Of a DNA stretch of 26,956 nt, positions 9,649 to 19,136 are shown one piece after another. The translations under genes and the position numbers were made by a program. How positions within the stretch are numbered: position 1 is the stretch's first letter; each line of letters begins with the position of its first letter. The notes under the pieces are model-generated. The model saw only the letters and a program-made list of their open reading frames with translations, did not search any database and was not told the DNA's origin. Location of the stretch: assembly GCA_964459405.1 (NCBI GenBank), contig CAYWMY010000003.1, positions 1 to 26,956 on the forward strand, given 5' to 3'. The DNA comes from an uncultured Steroidobacteraceae bacterium. Its GTDB lineage: Bacteria; Pseudomonadota; Gammaproteobacteria; Steroidobacterales; Steroidobacteraceae.

Positions 9649-9753
9649 GCCGCACGACGGGGCGACTCCCGCATCGCATGCCGGCTTCGTCGAGTCCGTG
9701 TCGCCCGCCTTCACGGTCATGGCCGCACGACGGGTCGACCCTCGCACCGCATG
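9649..9753. repeat. Pair of 32-bp direct repeats (28/32 identical), 73-bp period
   Basis: 9649-9680 GCCGCACGACGGGGCGACTCCCGCATCGCATG and 9722-9753 GCCGCACGACGGGTCGACCCTCGCACCGCATG, separated by a 41-nt unique spacer. Confidence 0.85.
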
Positions 9754-9804
9754 ACGGCCCTGCGGCAGACTAGTGGCATCCGGAACGACCCTGGCGGGGT
9801 GGTC

Positions 9805-10671
9805 TTGAGAGTCGGATTCGCAGGCCTGGGTGCGATGGGCACCCACATGGCGCGCAACCTGCACCGCGCGGGCCTGCTGGCCGGCGTCTGGAACCGCACG
9901 CGCGCGCGCGCGGACGCATTCGCGGCGGAAACCGCAGTCATCGCTCCGGAGAGTCCCGCGGCGCTCGCTGCCGTCTGCGACACGATCGTGCTCTGTGTCT
10001 CCGCCGACGCGGATGTGCGCGAGATCGTCGACCGCATCGATCCCGCGCTGCGCCCTGGCCAGGCGATCATCGACTGCTCGACGATCGCGTCGAGGACGGC
10101 CCGGGAACTCGCCGCACGGCTCTCCGCGCGGGGTGTGGACTTCGTCGATGCACCGGTGAGCGGGGGTGTCGAAGGCGCTCGGCAGGGCACGCTCGCGATC
10201 ATGTGCGGCGGCGATGCGGCGGTTATCGAGCGGCTGCGCCCGGTGCTGGGCGCGATGGGGCGCACAGTCGTGCGGATGGGCGCCGCGGGCGCGGGCCAGG
10301 CGACCAAGGCCACGAACCAGATCCTCTGTGCGGGGGTCATTCAGGCCGTCGCGCAGGCCATGGCCTTCGCGAAGGCGGAAGAGCTGCCCCTCGAGCGCGT
10401 GATCGAGGTGCTGCGCCAGGGCGCCGGAGCCAGCTGGTACTTCGAGCATCGCGCGCCGTACATGGCCGAAGGCCGTTACCCGCCTGGCTTTCGCGTGGCA
10501 CTGCATGCCAAGGACCTGCGCATCTGCCGCGAAATGGCCGCGGCCCGCGGCCTGGAACTGTCCGTGATCGATGACGTGCTCGCGGCCTACGACCGGCTGA
10601 TCCAGGCCGGATCCGGGGACGAGGACATTTCCGCCATCTTCAGGCTGCAGCAGCGGGGCCGCGACGCGTGA
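9805..10671 (+). CDS. NAD(P)-dependent beta-hydroxyacid dehydrogenase (3-hydroxyisobutyrate dehydrogenase/GarR family)
   Basis: GFAGLGAMG Rossmann motif, VWNRT, DAPVSGG, GQATKATNQ with the catalytic Lys, and FRVALHAKDL. Start is uncertain (TTG 9805, GTG 9799 or ATG 9751). Confidence 0.88.
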   Translation: MRVGFAGLGAMGTHMARNLHRAGLLAGVWNRTRARADAFAAETAVIAPESPAALAAVCDTIVLCVSADADVREIVDRIDPALRPGQAIIDCSTIASRTARELAARLSARGVDFVDAPVSGGVEGARQGTLAIMCGGDAAVIERLRPVLGAMGRTVVRMGAAGAGQATKATNQILCAGVIQAVAQAMAFAKAEELPLERVIEVLRQGAGASWYFEHRAPYMAEGRYPPGFRVALHAKDLRICREMAAARGLELSVIDDVLAAYDRLIQAGSGDEDISAIFRLQQRGRDA

Positions 10672-11735
10672 GCGCCGCGGCTCCCCGGCCCGTCCATCTG
10701 GCGCTGCCGGACTTCTGCGCGGCGCGCGCCGTGCTCGGTGTCGCGCTGCTCGCAATGCTGGTCGCCCTGATGCTGACGCTGGCCGACCCGGCCTCGCTGG
10801 AATCCTTCTGGATCCGGCTGGCACGGCTCTCGCTGTTCCTGCTGTGGGTCGCGCTGCTCTCGGCGGGGCTGCTGTGCCGGCTGCGGGCACCGCTGCAGCG
10901 CCTCGGGGTCGCACGCGCCTCCGCCGCCGCGCTCGCGCTGATCGTCGCCATCACGCTCGGTGTCTCCGAGGTCGCGTGGCGGTTCGTGACCGTGCCCGGC
11001 CTGCTGCTCGGCGACGACGGCGGGTCGGCGGCCGCCCACTGGTCGTTCCTGCTGCGCAACGCGTTGATCGGCCTGATCGCGGGGGCGCTGGCCCTGCGCT
11101 ATTTCTACGTCTCGGGCCAGTGGCGCCGCAACGTCGAGGCCGAAGCGCGCGCGCGCGTGCGCGCGCTGCAGGCGCGGATCCGCCCGCACTTCCTGTTCAA
11201 CTGCATGAACACCATCGCGATGCTCACGCGCCGCGATCCAGCCGCCGCCGAGCGGGCCGTGCTGGACATCGCCGACCTGTTCCGCGCGAATCTCAGCGAG
11301 TCACGCGCGCGCATCCCGCTGGCCGAGGAAATCGACATTGCGCGCGCCTACCAGCGCGTCGAGGAACTGCGGCTCGGCGACCGTCTGCGCGTGGAGTGGG
11401 CGATGGACGCACTGCCGGCGGCACTCGAGGTGCCTGCGCTGCTGCTGCAGCCACTGCTCGAGAACGCGATCTATCATGGCATCGAAGCGCTCCCGGCCGG
11501 CGGCACGATCACCGTGATCGGCCAGTGCCGCGGCGACGACTATGAGATCGCGATCGAGAACCCGATCGCAGCGGCCGCGAATCCCGTGCGCGGCAGCGGC
11601 GACCGCATCGGCCTCGACAGCGTGCGCGAGCGGCTGGACCTCGCCTTCCCGGGCCGCGCCTCCGTCATCGCAACCGCAGCGGGCGGTGTTTTCCGCGTGC
11701 AGATTCGGCTGCCACTCGCGGCCGAGGACGGCTGA
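10668..11735 (+). CDS. algZ: LytS-type sensor histidine kinase, FimS/AlgZ-like
   Basis: Four N-terminal TM helices, LQARIRPHFLFN H-box, LQPLLENAIYHG N-box, IGL G-box. The GTG start overlaps the upstream TGA. Confidence 0.85.
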   Translation: MSAAAPRPVHLALPDFCAARAVLGVALLAMLVALMLTLADPASLESFWIRLARLSLFLLWVALLSAGLLCRLRAPLQRLGVARASAAALALIVAITLGVSEVAWRFVTVPGLLLGDDGGSAAAHWSFLLRNALIGLIAGALALRYFYVSGQWRRNVEAEARARVRALQARIRPHFLFNCMNTIAMLTRRDPAAAERAVLDIADLFRANLSESRARIPLAEEIDIARAYQRVEELRLGDRLRVEWAMDALPAALEVPALLLQPLLENAIYHGIEALPAGGTITVIGQCRGDDYEIAIENPIAAAANPVRGSGDRIGLDSVRERLDLAFPGRASVIATAAGGVFRVQIRLPLAAEDG

Positions 11736-12466
11736 TGCGTGTGCTCGTGATCGACGATGAGGCTCTCGCGCGGGAGCGGCTGCGGCTGCTGCTGGCGGAG
11801 ATTCCGACCGTGACGGGCATCGCCGAAGCCTGGTCGGGCCCGCAGGCCCTGGAGCTCGCTGCGCGCGAACGGCCGGACGTCCTGCTGCTCGACATCCGCA
11901 TGCCCGGCATGAGCGGTCTCGAGGTGGCGAGGCACCTCATGACGTTCGAGTCGCCGCCCGCGGTCATCTTCACGACCGCCTACGACCAGCATGCGCTGGA
12001 GGCCTTCGAGGCGCAGGCGGTGGGCTACCTGCTGAAGCCGGTCCGGGCCGAGCGGCTCGTACAGGCGCTGGAGCGCGCACGCCAGCTGACGCGCACGCAG
12101 TTCGAGGCCGTGGCCGCCGCGGCCCCGCGCGCGCGTCGCCGCAGCCATCTCGCCGTACGGACGCGGGACCAGCTGAAGCTCGTGCCCGTGCACGAAGTGC
12201 TGTGCTTCATCGCCGAACTGAAGTACGTGACGGTCCGGCATATCCACGGCGAAGACCTGTTCGACGAATCCCTGCGAGCGCTCGAAGAGGAGTTCGCCGA
12301 CGACTTCATGCGCGTGCACCGCAATGCCCTCGTCGCCGTGCGCCACATCGAGTCCATCGAGCGACACGGCGATGGACGTCACGTCGTGAAGCTGCACCAC
12401 GGCGGCGGCGCGATCGACGTGAGCCGCCGGCTGGTCGCCGACGTACTGCGCCGGTTCAAGCCGTAG
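11735..12466 (+). CDS. algR: LytTR-family response regulator, AlgR-like
   Basis: Receiver domain (IDDE, LLDIRMP, FTTAY, YLLKP) plus LytTR domain (AELKYVTV, FMRVHRNALV, VSRR). TGATG overlap with the kinase gene. Confidence 0.88.
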   Translation: MRVLVIDDEALARERLRLLLAEIPTVTGIAEAWSGPQALELAARERPDVLLLDIRMPGMSGLEVARHLMTFESPPAVIFTTAYDQHALEAFEAQAVGYLLKPVRAERLVQALERARQLTRTQFEAVAAAAPRARRRSHLAVRTRDQLKLVPVHEVLCFIAELKYVTVRHIHGEDLFDESLRALEEEFADDFMRVHRNALVAVRHIESIERHGDGRHVVKLHHGGGAIDVSRRLVADVLRRFKP

Positions 12467-13616
12467 TCGCGGCCGGCGGCGGCGGACGGAACACGCGCCA
12501 GGCACAGAGCACCCACGCGCCGAGGCCCGCCAGGAACAGTATCAGGATGGCGAACGGGCCCACGACGGGCACGCGGCGCAGGAAGAAGATGAGCACAAGC
12601 GACCCCAGCAGCGCCAGGATGCGCGTTCGCGCGGACTGCAAGCGCTCATGCGCGAATCGCTCCAGCGCCCAGTCCCCGATGAACAGCGCGCCCGTCGTGT
12701 ACCCGAGCAGCAGCAGCAACGCATAGCCGAACATGGCCGCAAGCCCGAGCGGAATGCCGACCAGCGTCAGGAACAGGAAGATCATCAGCATCGGTACGCC
12801 GAACAGCACGGCGATGCCGAAGCCGGCGCTGACCAGGGGCTCGGCACTGATCGTGGACGTGGTGCGACGTGTGAATGCCGGCATCAGCAGCAGCATCACC
12901 GAGCCCAGCATGAACACCCCGAGCGCCCAGAGGAAACGTCCGAGGCCGAGGAGGAAGCGGCCCGGACCGTTGTCGTGGCTCCATCCCGAATGAGCCTGCC
13001 GCTCGTCGGGGCCCCGCGCGACGATCCCGCCCAGGATTTCGCTGTCGGGCGCGATCTGTGGCTCCCCTGGTCCGCGGTAGCGAAGTCTGCCGTCGATGTG
13101 TGCATTCGGGCCGACGACCAGCTGCTGTGCGGTGACTTCGACGTCCCCGCCTACCGCCCCGTCGATGACCACGCGCTGGCCGAAGGCCTGCAGGCCACGA
13201 CCGACACTGCCCTGCACACCGATGCGTCCGCCGGCCAGGGTCGCCGCGCCTTCGATGCGGACCCGCGGCTGAAGATCGACGCTGCCGCCCGCCAGGCGCG
13301 CATTGCCCGCGATCCGGCTGTCGACCCGCACGTCGCCGCCCGCCGCGTACAGGTCCTGCCCCGCGTCGGCACTCACGTCGACGCTGCCGCCGACGATCAC
13401 GATGTCGCCACCGACCGGCGCCGCGACAGTCACGCGTCCACCCGCGATGAAGGCGTCACCGGCGACTGCAGCGTCCAGGGCCACGTCATCGCCGGCCATG
13501 AAGCGGTCGCCGGCAAACGTGGCATCCGCCGGAGCCGCCCCGGCCGTGGCGGCACAGGTCACGGCGAGGACCGCGAGCATGTAGCGTCGCGCGCGTATCG
13601 TCACAGGCTGAAACAT
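12456..13616 (-). CDS. Exported beta-helix (polymer-forming/bactofilin-like) repeat protein with a C-terminal multi-pass membrane domain
   Basis: ATG at 13614-13616 with GGGAG upstream, a signal-like N-terminus, about 8 repeats of 17-19 aa (GDxxxAGGxVxVxxxV) at 13071-13511, then 4-5 hydrophobic helices. Overlaps the algR 3' end by 11 bp. Confidence 0.75.
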   Translation of the reverse strand: MFQPVTIRARRYMLAVLAVTCAATAGAAPADATFAGDRFMAGDDVALDAAVAGDAFIAGGRVTVAAPVGGDIVIVGGSVDVSADAGQDLYAAGGDVRVDSRIAGNARLAGGSVDLQPRVRIEGAATLAGGRIGVQGSVGRGLQAFGQRVVIDGAVGGDVEVTAQQLVVGPNAHIDGRLRYRGPGEPQIAPDSEILGGIVARGPDERQAHSGWSHDNGPGRFLLGLGRFLWALGVFMLGSVMLLLMPAFTRRTTSTISAEPLVSAGFGIAVLFGVPMLMIFLFLTLVGIPLGLAAMFGYALLLLLGYTTGALFIGDWALERFAHERLQSARTRILALLGSLVLIFFLRRVPVVGPFAILILFLAGLGAWVLCAWRVFRPPPPAATTA

Positions 13617-13760
13617 CGTCACGTCTCCCCGGCAGCCGCCGCCATCCGGCATAGCGACGCTCTGCGGCGTGGCCACGGCGCCCCGATGCTACGCCGGGAC
13701 ACGCTACGCCCGCCAGTTCGCCCGCGCACGGCGCGCAGCCTTCCATGGCAGAATGCAACG

Positions 13761-14696
13761 ATGCAGAAGAGACTCCGCATCGCGACCCGCCGCAGCCGCC
13801 TGGCGCTGTGGCAGGCCGAGCATGTGGCCGCACACCTCAAGGCCGCGCACCGCGACATCGACATCGAGCTCGTGCCGATCGTCACGGAAGGCGACCGCAT
13901 CCTCGATCGCACGCTGGCCGCAGTCGGTGGCAAGGGCCTGTTCATCAAGGAGCTCGAAGTCGCGATGCAGGAAGGGCGCGCCGATCTCGCTGTGCATTCC
14001 ATGAAGGATGTGCCGGCGGACCTGCCGCCCGGAATGATCATCGCCACCGTGCTGGAACGTGCCGATCCACACGACGCTTTCGTCTCGCCGCGGTTCAATG
14101 ACATCGCCGGGCTGCCGCATGGCGCGCGCGTCGGCACGGCCAGCCTGCGTCGTCAGTGCCAGCTGCGTCACCGCCGGCCCGATCTCGACATCCGGCCGCT
14201 TCGCGGCAACCTCGACACACGGCTGCGCCGGCTCGACGACGGCGAATTCGATGCGATCGTGCTCGCCGCGGCTGGACTTCGGCGCCTCGGTCTCGCGGAG
14301 CGCATCCGTGCGACGGTCGACGCGCGCGACTCGCTGCCCGCCGTGGGACAGGGGGTCGTCGGCGTCGAGTGCCGCGGGGACGACGCGGCGACGCGGAACC
14401 TGCTCGCACCGCTGGAGCATGCAGCCACGCGACTGTGTCTCGAAGCCGAGCGCGCCTTCGCCGCAAGGCTGGGTGGAAGCTGCCAGTCCCCGATCGCCGC
14501 CTTCGCGGAACAGAGCGGCGACGAGCTCCTGCTGCGCGGGCTCGTCGGCGCCCCCGATGGCAGCGCGCTGTTCGCCGATCGTATCGCGGGTGCCGCGGCG
14601 GACGGGCCTCGCCTCGGGGTCGAGCTCGCCGAACGGCTGCTCGCGGCCGGTGCCGGGCCGCTGCTCGCGATGCTGCGGACGCCGGAGCCGCGGTAG
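13761..14696 (+). CDS. hemC: Hydroxymethylbilane synthase (porphobilinogen deaminase)
   Basis: RIATRRSRLALWQA, GKGLFIKELE, AVHSMKD, GTASLRR, RGNLDTRL, and LGGSCQSP with the cofactor-binding Cys. ATG at 13761. Confidence 0.97.
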   Translation: MQKRLRIATRRSRLALWQAEHVAAHLKAAHRDIDIELVPIVTEGDRILDRTLAAVGGKGLFIKELEVAMQEGRADLAVHSMKDVPADLPPGMIIATVLERADPHDAFVSPRFNDIAGLPHGARVGTASLRRQCQLRHRRPDLDIRPLRGNLDTRLRRLDDGEFDAIVLAAAGLRRLGLAERIRATVDARDSLPAVGQGVVGVECRGDDAATRNLLAPLEHAATRLCLEAERAFAARLGGSCQSPIAAFAEQSGDELLLRGLVGAPDGSALFADRIAGAAADGPRLGVELAERLLAAGAGPLLAMLRTPEPR

Positions 14697-15472
14697 TGGC
14701 AGCCCTCGACGGCCTCGGCATTCTGGTGACCCGACCGGAGCTGCAGGCCAACACGCTGTGCCGGCTGCTGTCGTCCGAGGGTGGAACGCCGATCCGGTTT
14801 CCGGCCATGCAGATCTGTGCACGCCCCGACCGCGCGGCGGTTCGCGCGGCGGTCGGCCCGGTCGACCGCTATTCGCTGATCGTGTTCGTCAGCACCAATG
14901 CCGTGCGTTTCGGCGCGGTACTGCTCGAGCAGCGACGCGAGCTGCGGCTCGCGACCGTGGGCGCGGCGACGGCGCAGGCGCTCAACGCGGCCGGCTATCG
15001 CGTGGCGTTGCGGCCCGAGGATGGCGCCGACAGCGAGGCGCTGCTGCGGCTTCCCGAGCTGCGGCATCTGGCTGGCCAGCGCGTGCTGATCGTGCGCGGC
15101 ACGGGCGGCCGCGAGCATCTCGCGGCCGAACTCGCGGCACGCGGTGCCGAAGTCGTCTACGCCGAGGTCTACGAGCGGCGGGCGGCATCACCTTCCCCGG
15201 AGCAGCTGCAGCGCCTCGAGTCGCTGTGGACACAGGGCGGCGTGCACGTCTACACCGCGACCAGCGTCGAGCTGCTCGACATGCTGATCGGACTGCTGCC
15301 CTCAGCCTGCCGCGACCGCCTGCCGGGGACGACGGCGCTGGTGGGTTCGGAGCGCATCGCCGCACACCTGCGCGATCTGCACCTGGACTCGCCGGTCATC
15401 GTGGCCGGCTCGAGCGAAGACGCGAGTCTCGTCGAGGCACTGGTGCGCTGGCGCGCGCGCCACGACGCATGA
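14696..15472 (+). CDS. hemD: Uroporphyrinogen-III synthase
   Basis: GTG overlaps the hemC TAG. ILVTRPE, FVSTNAV, ATVGAATA, VRGTGGREHL, EVYER and TATSVE motifs. Confidence 0.92.
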   Translation: MAALDGLGILVTRPELQANTLCRLLSSEGGTPIRFPAMQICARPDRAAVRAAVGPVDRYSLIVFVSTNAVRFGAVLLEQRRELRLATVGAATAQALNAAGYRVALRPEDGADSEALLRLPELRHLAGQRVLIVRGTGGREHLAAELAARGAEVVYAEVYERRAASPSPEQLQRLESLWTQGGVHVYTATSVELLDMLIGLLPSACRDRLPGTTALVGSERIAAHLRDLHLDSPVIVAGSSEDASLVEALVRWRARHDA

Positions 15473-16380
15473 GGCCATCACCACGGGCGGTGATCATCGG
15501 CGCTGGCTATGCCGGACTGCGGCTCGCACGCCTGCTGCGGGAGCGCGCGCCGCTCGTCGTCACCACGGGCACGACGGCGCACAGCACGGCGCTGCGGGAT
15601 GCGGGCTTCGACGCACGGCGCTGGGATCTGGACAACGATGACCCGGCACCGCTCGCGCCAACCGAGCTGGCCGGCGCGGTGCTGCATTACCACGTTCGAC
15701 CGGCGCCGAGTGGCGCCGGAGATGCGCGCATCACCCGCGCGCTCGCCGCGCTGCCCGGACCGCCGCGTCGCATCGTGTATCTGAGCACGACCGGTGTCTA
15801 TGGCGACGCCGGTGGCGCACGGGTCGATGAGGACACGCCGCCCGCACCACAGGCGGCGCGAGGTCAGCGACGGCTGGCGGCCGAGATTTCGCTGCGCGCC
15901 TGGTGCGAGGCTCGCGGTGTCGAATGGACGATCCTGCGTGTGCCGGGCATCTACGGGCCCGGACGCCTGCCCATCGAGCGTCTGCGCCGCGGCGACCCGG
16001 TGCTGCTCGAGTCCGAAGCCGGACCTGGGAACCGCATCCACGTCGATGACCTCGTGACGGCCTGCGTGCTCGCCGGCGAGCATCCGGCAGCGGCGAACCG
16101 CATCTTCAACGTCGGTGACGGCAACTGTGTGTCGAGTACGCAGTACTTCACGCGCCTCGCAGCACTGCTCGGGCTGCCCGCCCCGCAGCAGCTGCCGCGC
16201 GCCGAGGTTGAGCGGCGCGTGTCCGCCGAAGCCTGGTCATTCCTCAGCCCCTCCCGCCGCGTCGACACGAGCCGCATCCGCCGCGAACTCGGCCTGGAAC
16301 CACGCTATGCGTCGCTCGACGACGGTCTGCGCGCAAGCCTGATGGAAGAAGACGGCGACAGGCAGCAGGCCCTGCACTGA
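15469..16380 (+). CDS. Atypical SDR, NAD-dependent epimerase/dehydratase family (303 aa)
   Basis: ATGA overlap with the hemD stop. IIGAGYAG, YLSTTGVYGD, LRVPGIYGPGR, NRIHVDDL and FNVGD motifs. Substrate unknown. Confidence 0.85.
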   Translation: MRPSPRAVIIGAGYAGLRLARLLRERAPLVVTTGTTAHSTALRDAGFDARRWDLDNDDPAPLAPTELAGAVLHYHVRPAPSGAGDARITRALAALPGPPRRIVYLSTTGVYGDAGGARVDEDTPPAPQAARGQRRLAAEISLRAWCEARGVEWTILRVPGIYGPGRLPIERLRRGDPVLLESEAGPGNRIHVDDLVTACVLAGEHPAAANRIFNVGDGNCVSSTQYFTRLAALLGLPAPQQLPRAEVERRVSAEAWSFLSPSRRVDTSRIRRELGLEPRYASLDDGLRASLMEEDGDRQQALH

Positions 16381-16538
16381 CGGAATGTGGAACAGGGCAA
16401 CGGGGCGCATCGAAACATGCTCGAGCGCTCGACAGGGCGCGGCAATCCGGCTGCAACCGTGCGGTTGGCTGGATCGCAATCCACCCGTCCTCTGCGGTGT
16501 CGTCGCCGACCAGGTGCCCGCCCGGGACCGCTCGCGCC

Positions 16539-18002
16539 CTACAGACCGAGCTGCGGCCAGATGCTGTCGACCCGTGCGCGCACCTCGGCCGTCATCGCGA
16601 TCGGCCGGCCCCACTCGCGCGTCGTTTCTGCGGGCCACTTGTTCGTGGCGTCGATGCCGACCTTGGAGCCCAGGCCCGCGACGGGTGACGCGAAATCGAG
16701 ATAGTCGATCGGCGTGTTCTCGATGATCACGAGATCACGCCGCGGGTCCACACGCGTGGTCATGGCCCAGACGACCTCTTTCCAGTCACGCGCATCGACG
16801 TCGTCGTCGGTCACGATCACGAACTTCGTGTACATGAACTGGCGCAGGAACGACCACACGCCCATCATCACGCGCCTCGCGTGCCCCGGATACTGCTTCT
16901 TCATGCTCACGACCGCCATGCGATACGAGCATCCTTCGGGCGGCAGATAGAAATCCACGATCTCGGGGAACTGCCGCTGCAGGATCGGTACGAACACCTC
17001 GTTCAGCGCCACGCCCAGCACCGCCGGCTCGTCAGGCGGCTTGCCCGTGTAGGTGCTGTGATAGATCGGTCTCTGGCGATGCGTGATGCGCTCGATGGTC
17101 AGGACGGGAAACCGTTCCGTCTCGTTGTAATAGCCGGTGTGGTCGCCGAACGGCCCCTCGACGGCCGTATCGTCGGGATTGATGAAACCCTCGAGCACGA
17201 TCTCCGCGCTGGCCGGCACCTGCAGGTCGTGCGACAGACAGGTCACGAGCTCGGTGCGGCTGCCACGCAGCAGCCCTGCGAAGGCGTACTCCGACAGCGT
17301 GTCCGGCACTGGCGTGACGGCCGCGAGGATCGTCGCCGGGTCGGCGCCCAGCGTCACCGCGACGGGAAACGGCTGGCCTGGATTCGCCCGCTGCCAGTCG
17401 CGGAAATCGAGCGCGCCGCCGCGATGCGCGAGCCAGCGCATGATGACGCGGTTTCGATCGATGACCTGCTGCCGGTAGATGCCCATGTTCTGGCGCGCTC
17501 TGCCGGGTCCGCGCGTGGTTACAAGGCCCCAGGTGATCAGGGGACCCGCGTCGCCGGGCCAGCAGGTCTGGATCGGAAAGCGCGCCAGATCCACGGCCTC
17601 ACCCTCCAGCACGACCTCGCGGCAGGGCCCGTCACGCCTCTCCTTCGGCGCCATGTCGAGCGCCCTGCGGAACACCGGCAGCTTGTCCCATGCGTCGCGC
17701 CAGCCGCGCGGCGGCTCCGGCTCCTTGAGCTGGGCGAGCAGCAGGCCCACCTCACGCAGTTCCGCGACCTGCTCGCGACCCAGCGCGAGCGCCACGCGCG
17801 CAGGCGTGCCGAACAGGTTGCCGAGGACCGGCACCGTGTGCCCCTTCGGCCGCTCGAACAGGAGCGCCGGACCGGCCCGCTTCAGGGTACGGTCGCAGAT
17901 CTCCGTCATCTCGAGCCTGGGGTCGACCTCGACGCCGATGCGCCGCAGTTCGCCACGTGCCTCCAACTGGCTGAGCAGGTCGCGAAGATCGGTGTATTCC
18001 AT
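16539..18002 (-). CDS. ubiD: prFMN-dependent 4-hydroxy-3-polyprenylbenzoate decarboxylase
   Basis: [45 protein letters not shown] and GIDATNK motifs, very close to E. coli-type UbiD. Confidence 0.96.
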   Translation of the reverse strand: MEYTDLRDLLSQLEARGELRRIGVEVDPRLEMTEICDRTLKRAGPALLFERPKGHTVPVLGNLFGTPARVALALGREQVAELREVGLLLAQLKEPEPPRGWRDAWDKLPVFRRALDMAPKERRDGPCREVVLEGEAVDLARFPIQTCWPGDAGPLITWGLVTTRGPGRARQNMGIYRQQVIDRNRVIMRWLAHRGGALDFRDWQRANPGQPFPVAVTLGADPATILAAVTPVPDTLSEYAFAGLLRGSRTELVTCLSHDLQVPASAEIVLEGFINPDDTAVEGPFGDHTGYYNETERFPVLTIERITHRQRPIYHSTYTGKPPDEPAVLGVALNEVFVPILQRQFPEIVDFYLPPEGCSYRMAVVSMKKQYPGHARRVMMGVWSFLRQFMYTKFVIVTDDDVDARDWKEVVWAMTTRVDPRRDLVIIENTPIDYLDFASPVAGLGSKVGIDATNKWPAETTREWGRPIAMTAEVRARVDSIWPQLGL

Positions 18003-18041
18003 GTCGTTGTTCCGGGAACCACGGTTGCAGGACCGGCAAGC

Positions 18042-19136
18042 CTACAGGAGACGCCGGCGAAATCGTCCGACCGACGCGAGCAGCAGCACGACGAAGATCG
18101 CCGTCAGCTTCAGCAGCGGCGCGACGAGTTCGTCGAGCGAAGCGTCACGCAGCGCGATGCCGCGGACAATCACATTGTAGTGCGTCAGCGGCAGGGCCTC
18201 GGCGAGCCACTGCGCGACGCGGGGCATGCCATCGAACGGGAACACCGCGCCCGACAGCAGGATCGACGGCAGCAGGAACAGCACCGCCATCTGGAACGCC
18301 TGGAACTGCGTGCGCGTCAATGTCGAGATCAGGAGCCCGTTCGCGAGCGTCGCGCTGATGAACAACAGCGTACCCAGGTACAGCTGCGGCAGCGAGCCGC
18401 GGACCGGTACGTCGAACAGCGCGGCGCCGAACCACAGGATCAGCGTCACCTGCACGAAGCCGATCAGCACGTAGGGCAGCAGCTTTCCGGCCAGCAGCTC
18501 CGCCGGAGCCACGGGCGTGCTGAGCAGGAGTTCCATGTTGCCGCGCTCGCGCTCGCGAACGACGGCTCCGGCCGCGAACACCAGCATCGTCAGCGTCACG
18601 ATCATGCCGACCAGCGCAGGCACGATCTGCACCGCCGTACGCCGCTCGACGTTGTATTCGACGCGAACCTCCATCGGCGCCACGCGATGCGTCCCCCCGG
18701 GCGCTCGCAGTACCGGCAGGGAGCCCAGCTTCAGCGCGATGCCCTCGAGGTTCGGCTGCGAGCCATCGACCAGCACGTGCAGTGCGGGCCGGTCGCCGCG
18801 CGCGAGCCGGCGCTCGAAGTCCGGCGGCACGATCACGGCGAGACCGATGGCGCCGCTGCGCAACGCCTGCATCAGCTGCCGCTCGCTCTGCGCGGCGAGC
18901 ACCGGCCGCGCCACCTGTGTGGCGGCCAGCTCGGCGACGAGCTGGCGGGAGAGCGCCGTGCGTGCCTCGTCGAATACGCCCGTCTTCAGATCGCGGACGT
19001 CGAAGTTGATCGCATAACCGAACACCACGATCTGCATGGCGGGAATGCCGACGATCATGGCGAAGGAGAGCCGGTCGCGGCCGAGCTGCCGCAGCTCCTT
19101 CCTGGCCACGGCCCACAGCCGCGACAGCCGGCTCAC
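18042..19136 (-). CDS. ABC-2 type exporter permease (YbhR/YbhS-like)
   Basis: KELRQLGRD, FGYAINFDV, VRERERGNMELLLSTPV, LLSGAVFP and PLTHY motifs. GTGA overlap with the ATPase gene. Confidence 0.9.
   Translation of the reverse strand: MSRLSRLWAVARKELRQLGRDRLSFAMIVGIPAMQIVVFGYAINFDVRDLKTGVFDEARTALSRQLVAELAATQVARPVLAAQSERQLMQALRSGAIGLAVIVPPDFERRLARGDRPALHVLVDGSQPNLEGIALKLGSLPVLRAPGGTHRVAPMEVRVEYNVERRTAVQIVPALVGMIVTLTMLVFAAGAVVRERERGNMELLLSTPVAPAELLAGKLLPYVLIGFVQVTLILWFGAALFDVPVRGSLPQLYLGTLLFISATLANGLLISTLTRTQFQAFQMAVLFLLPSILLSGAVFPFDGMPRVAQWLAEALPLTHYNVIVRGIALRDASLDELVAPLLKLTAIFVVLLLASVGRFRRRLL

Noticed and set aside
9649-9753. CRISPR array interpretation of the 32-bp repeat / 41-bp spacer unit
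   Set aside because: Only two copies. Positions one period away (about 9576 and 9795) do not match, the termini are unlike known CRISPR repeats, and there is no AT-rich leader or cas gene in the window.
13688-13710. 8-bp direct repeat GCTACGCC in the divergent region upstream of hemC
   Set aside because: Too short and GC-rich to distinguish from chance without comparative data.
12648-16380. Apparent long fusions in the ORF track (682-aa ORF ending in HemC, 773-aa ORF ending in the SDR, 438-aa ORF ending in HemD)
   Set aside because: The N-terminal parts are stop-free shadow frames over other genes. The true starts at 13761, 14696 and 15469 are supported by motif onset and start/stop overlaps.
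16441-16478. Imperfect hairpin between the convergent SDR and ubiD genes
   Set aside because: Several bulges and no U-tract on either strand, so it cannot be called a terminator.
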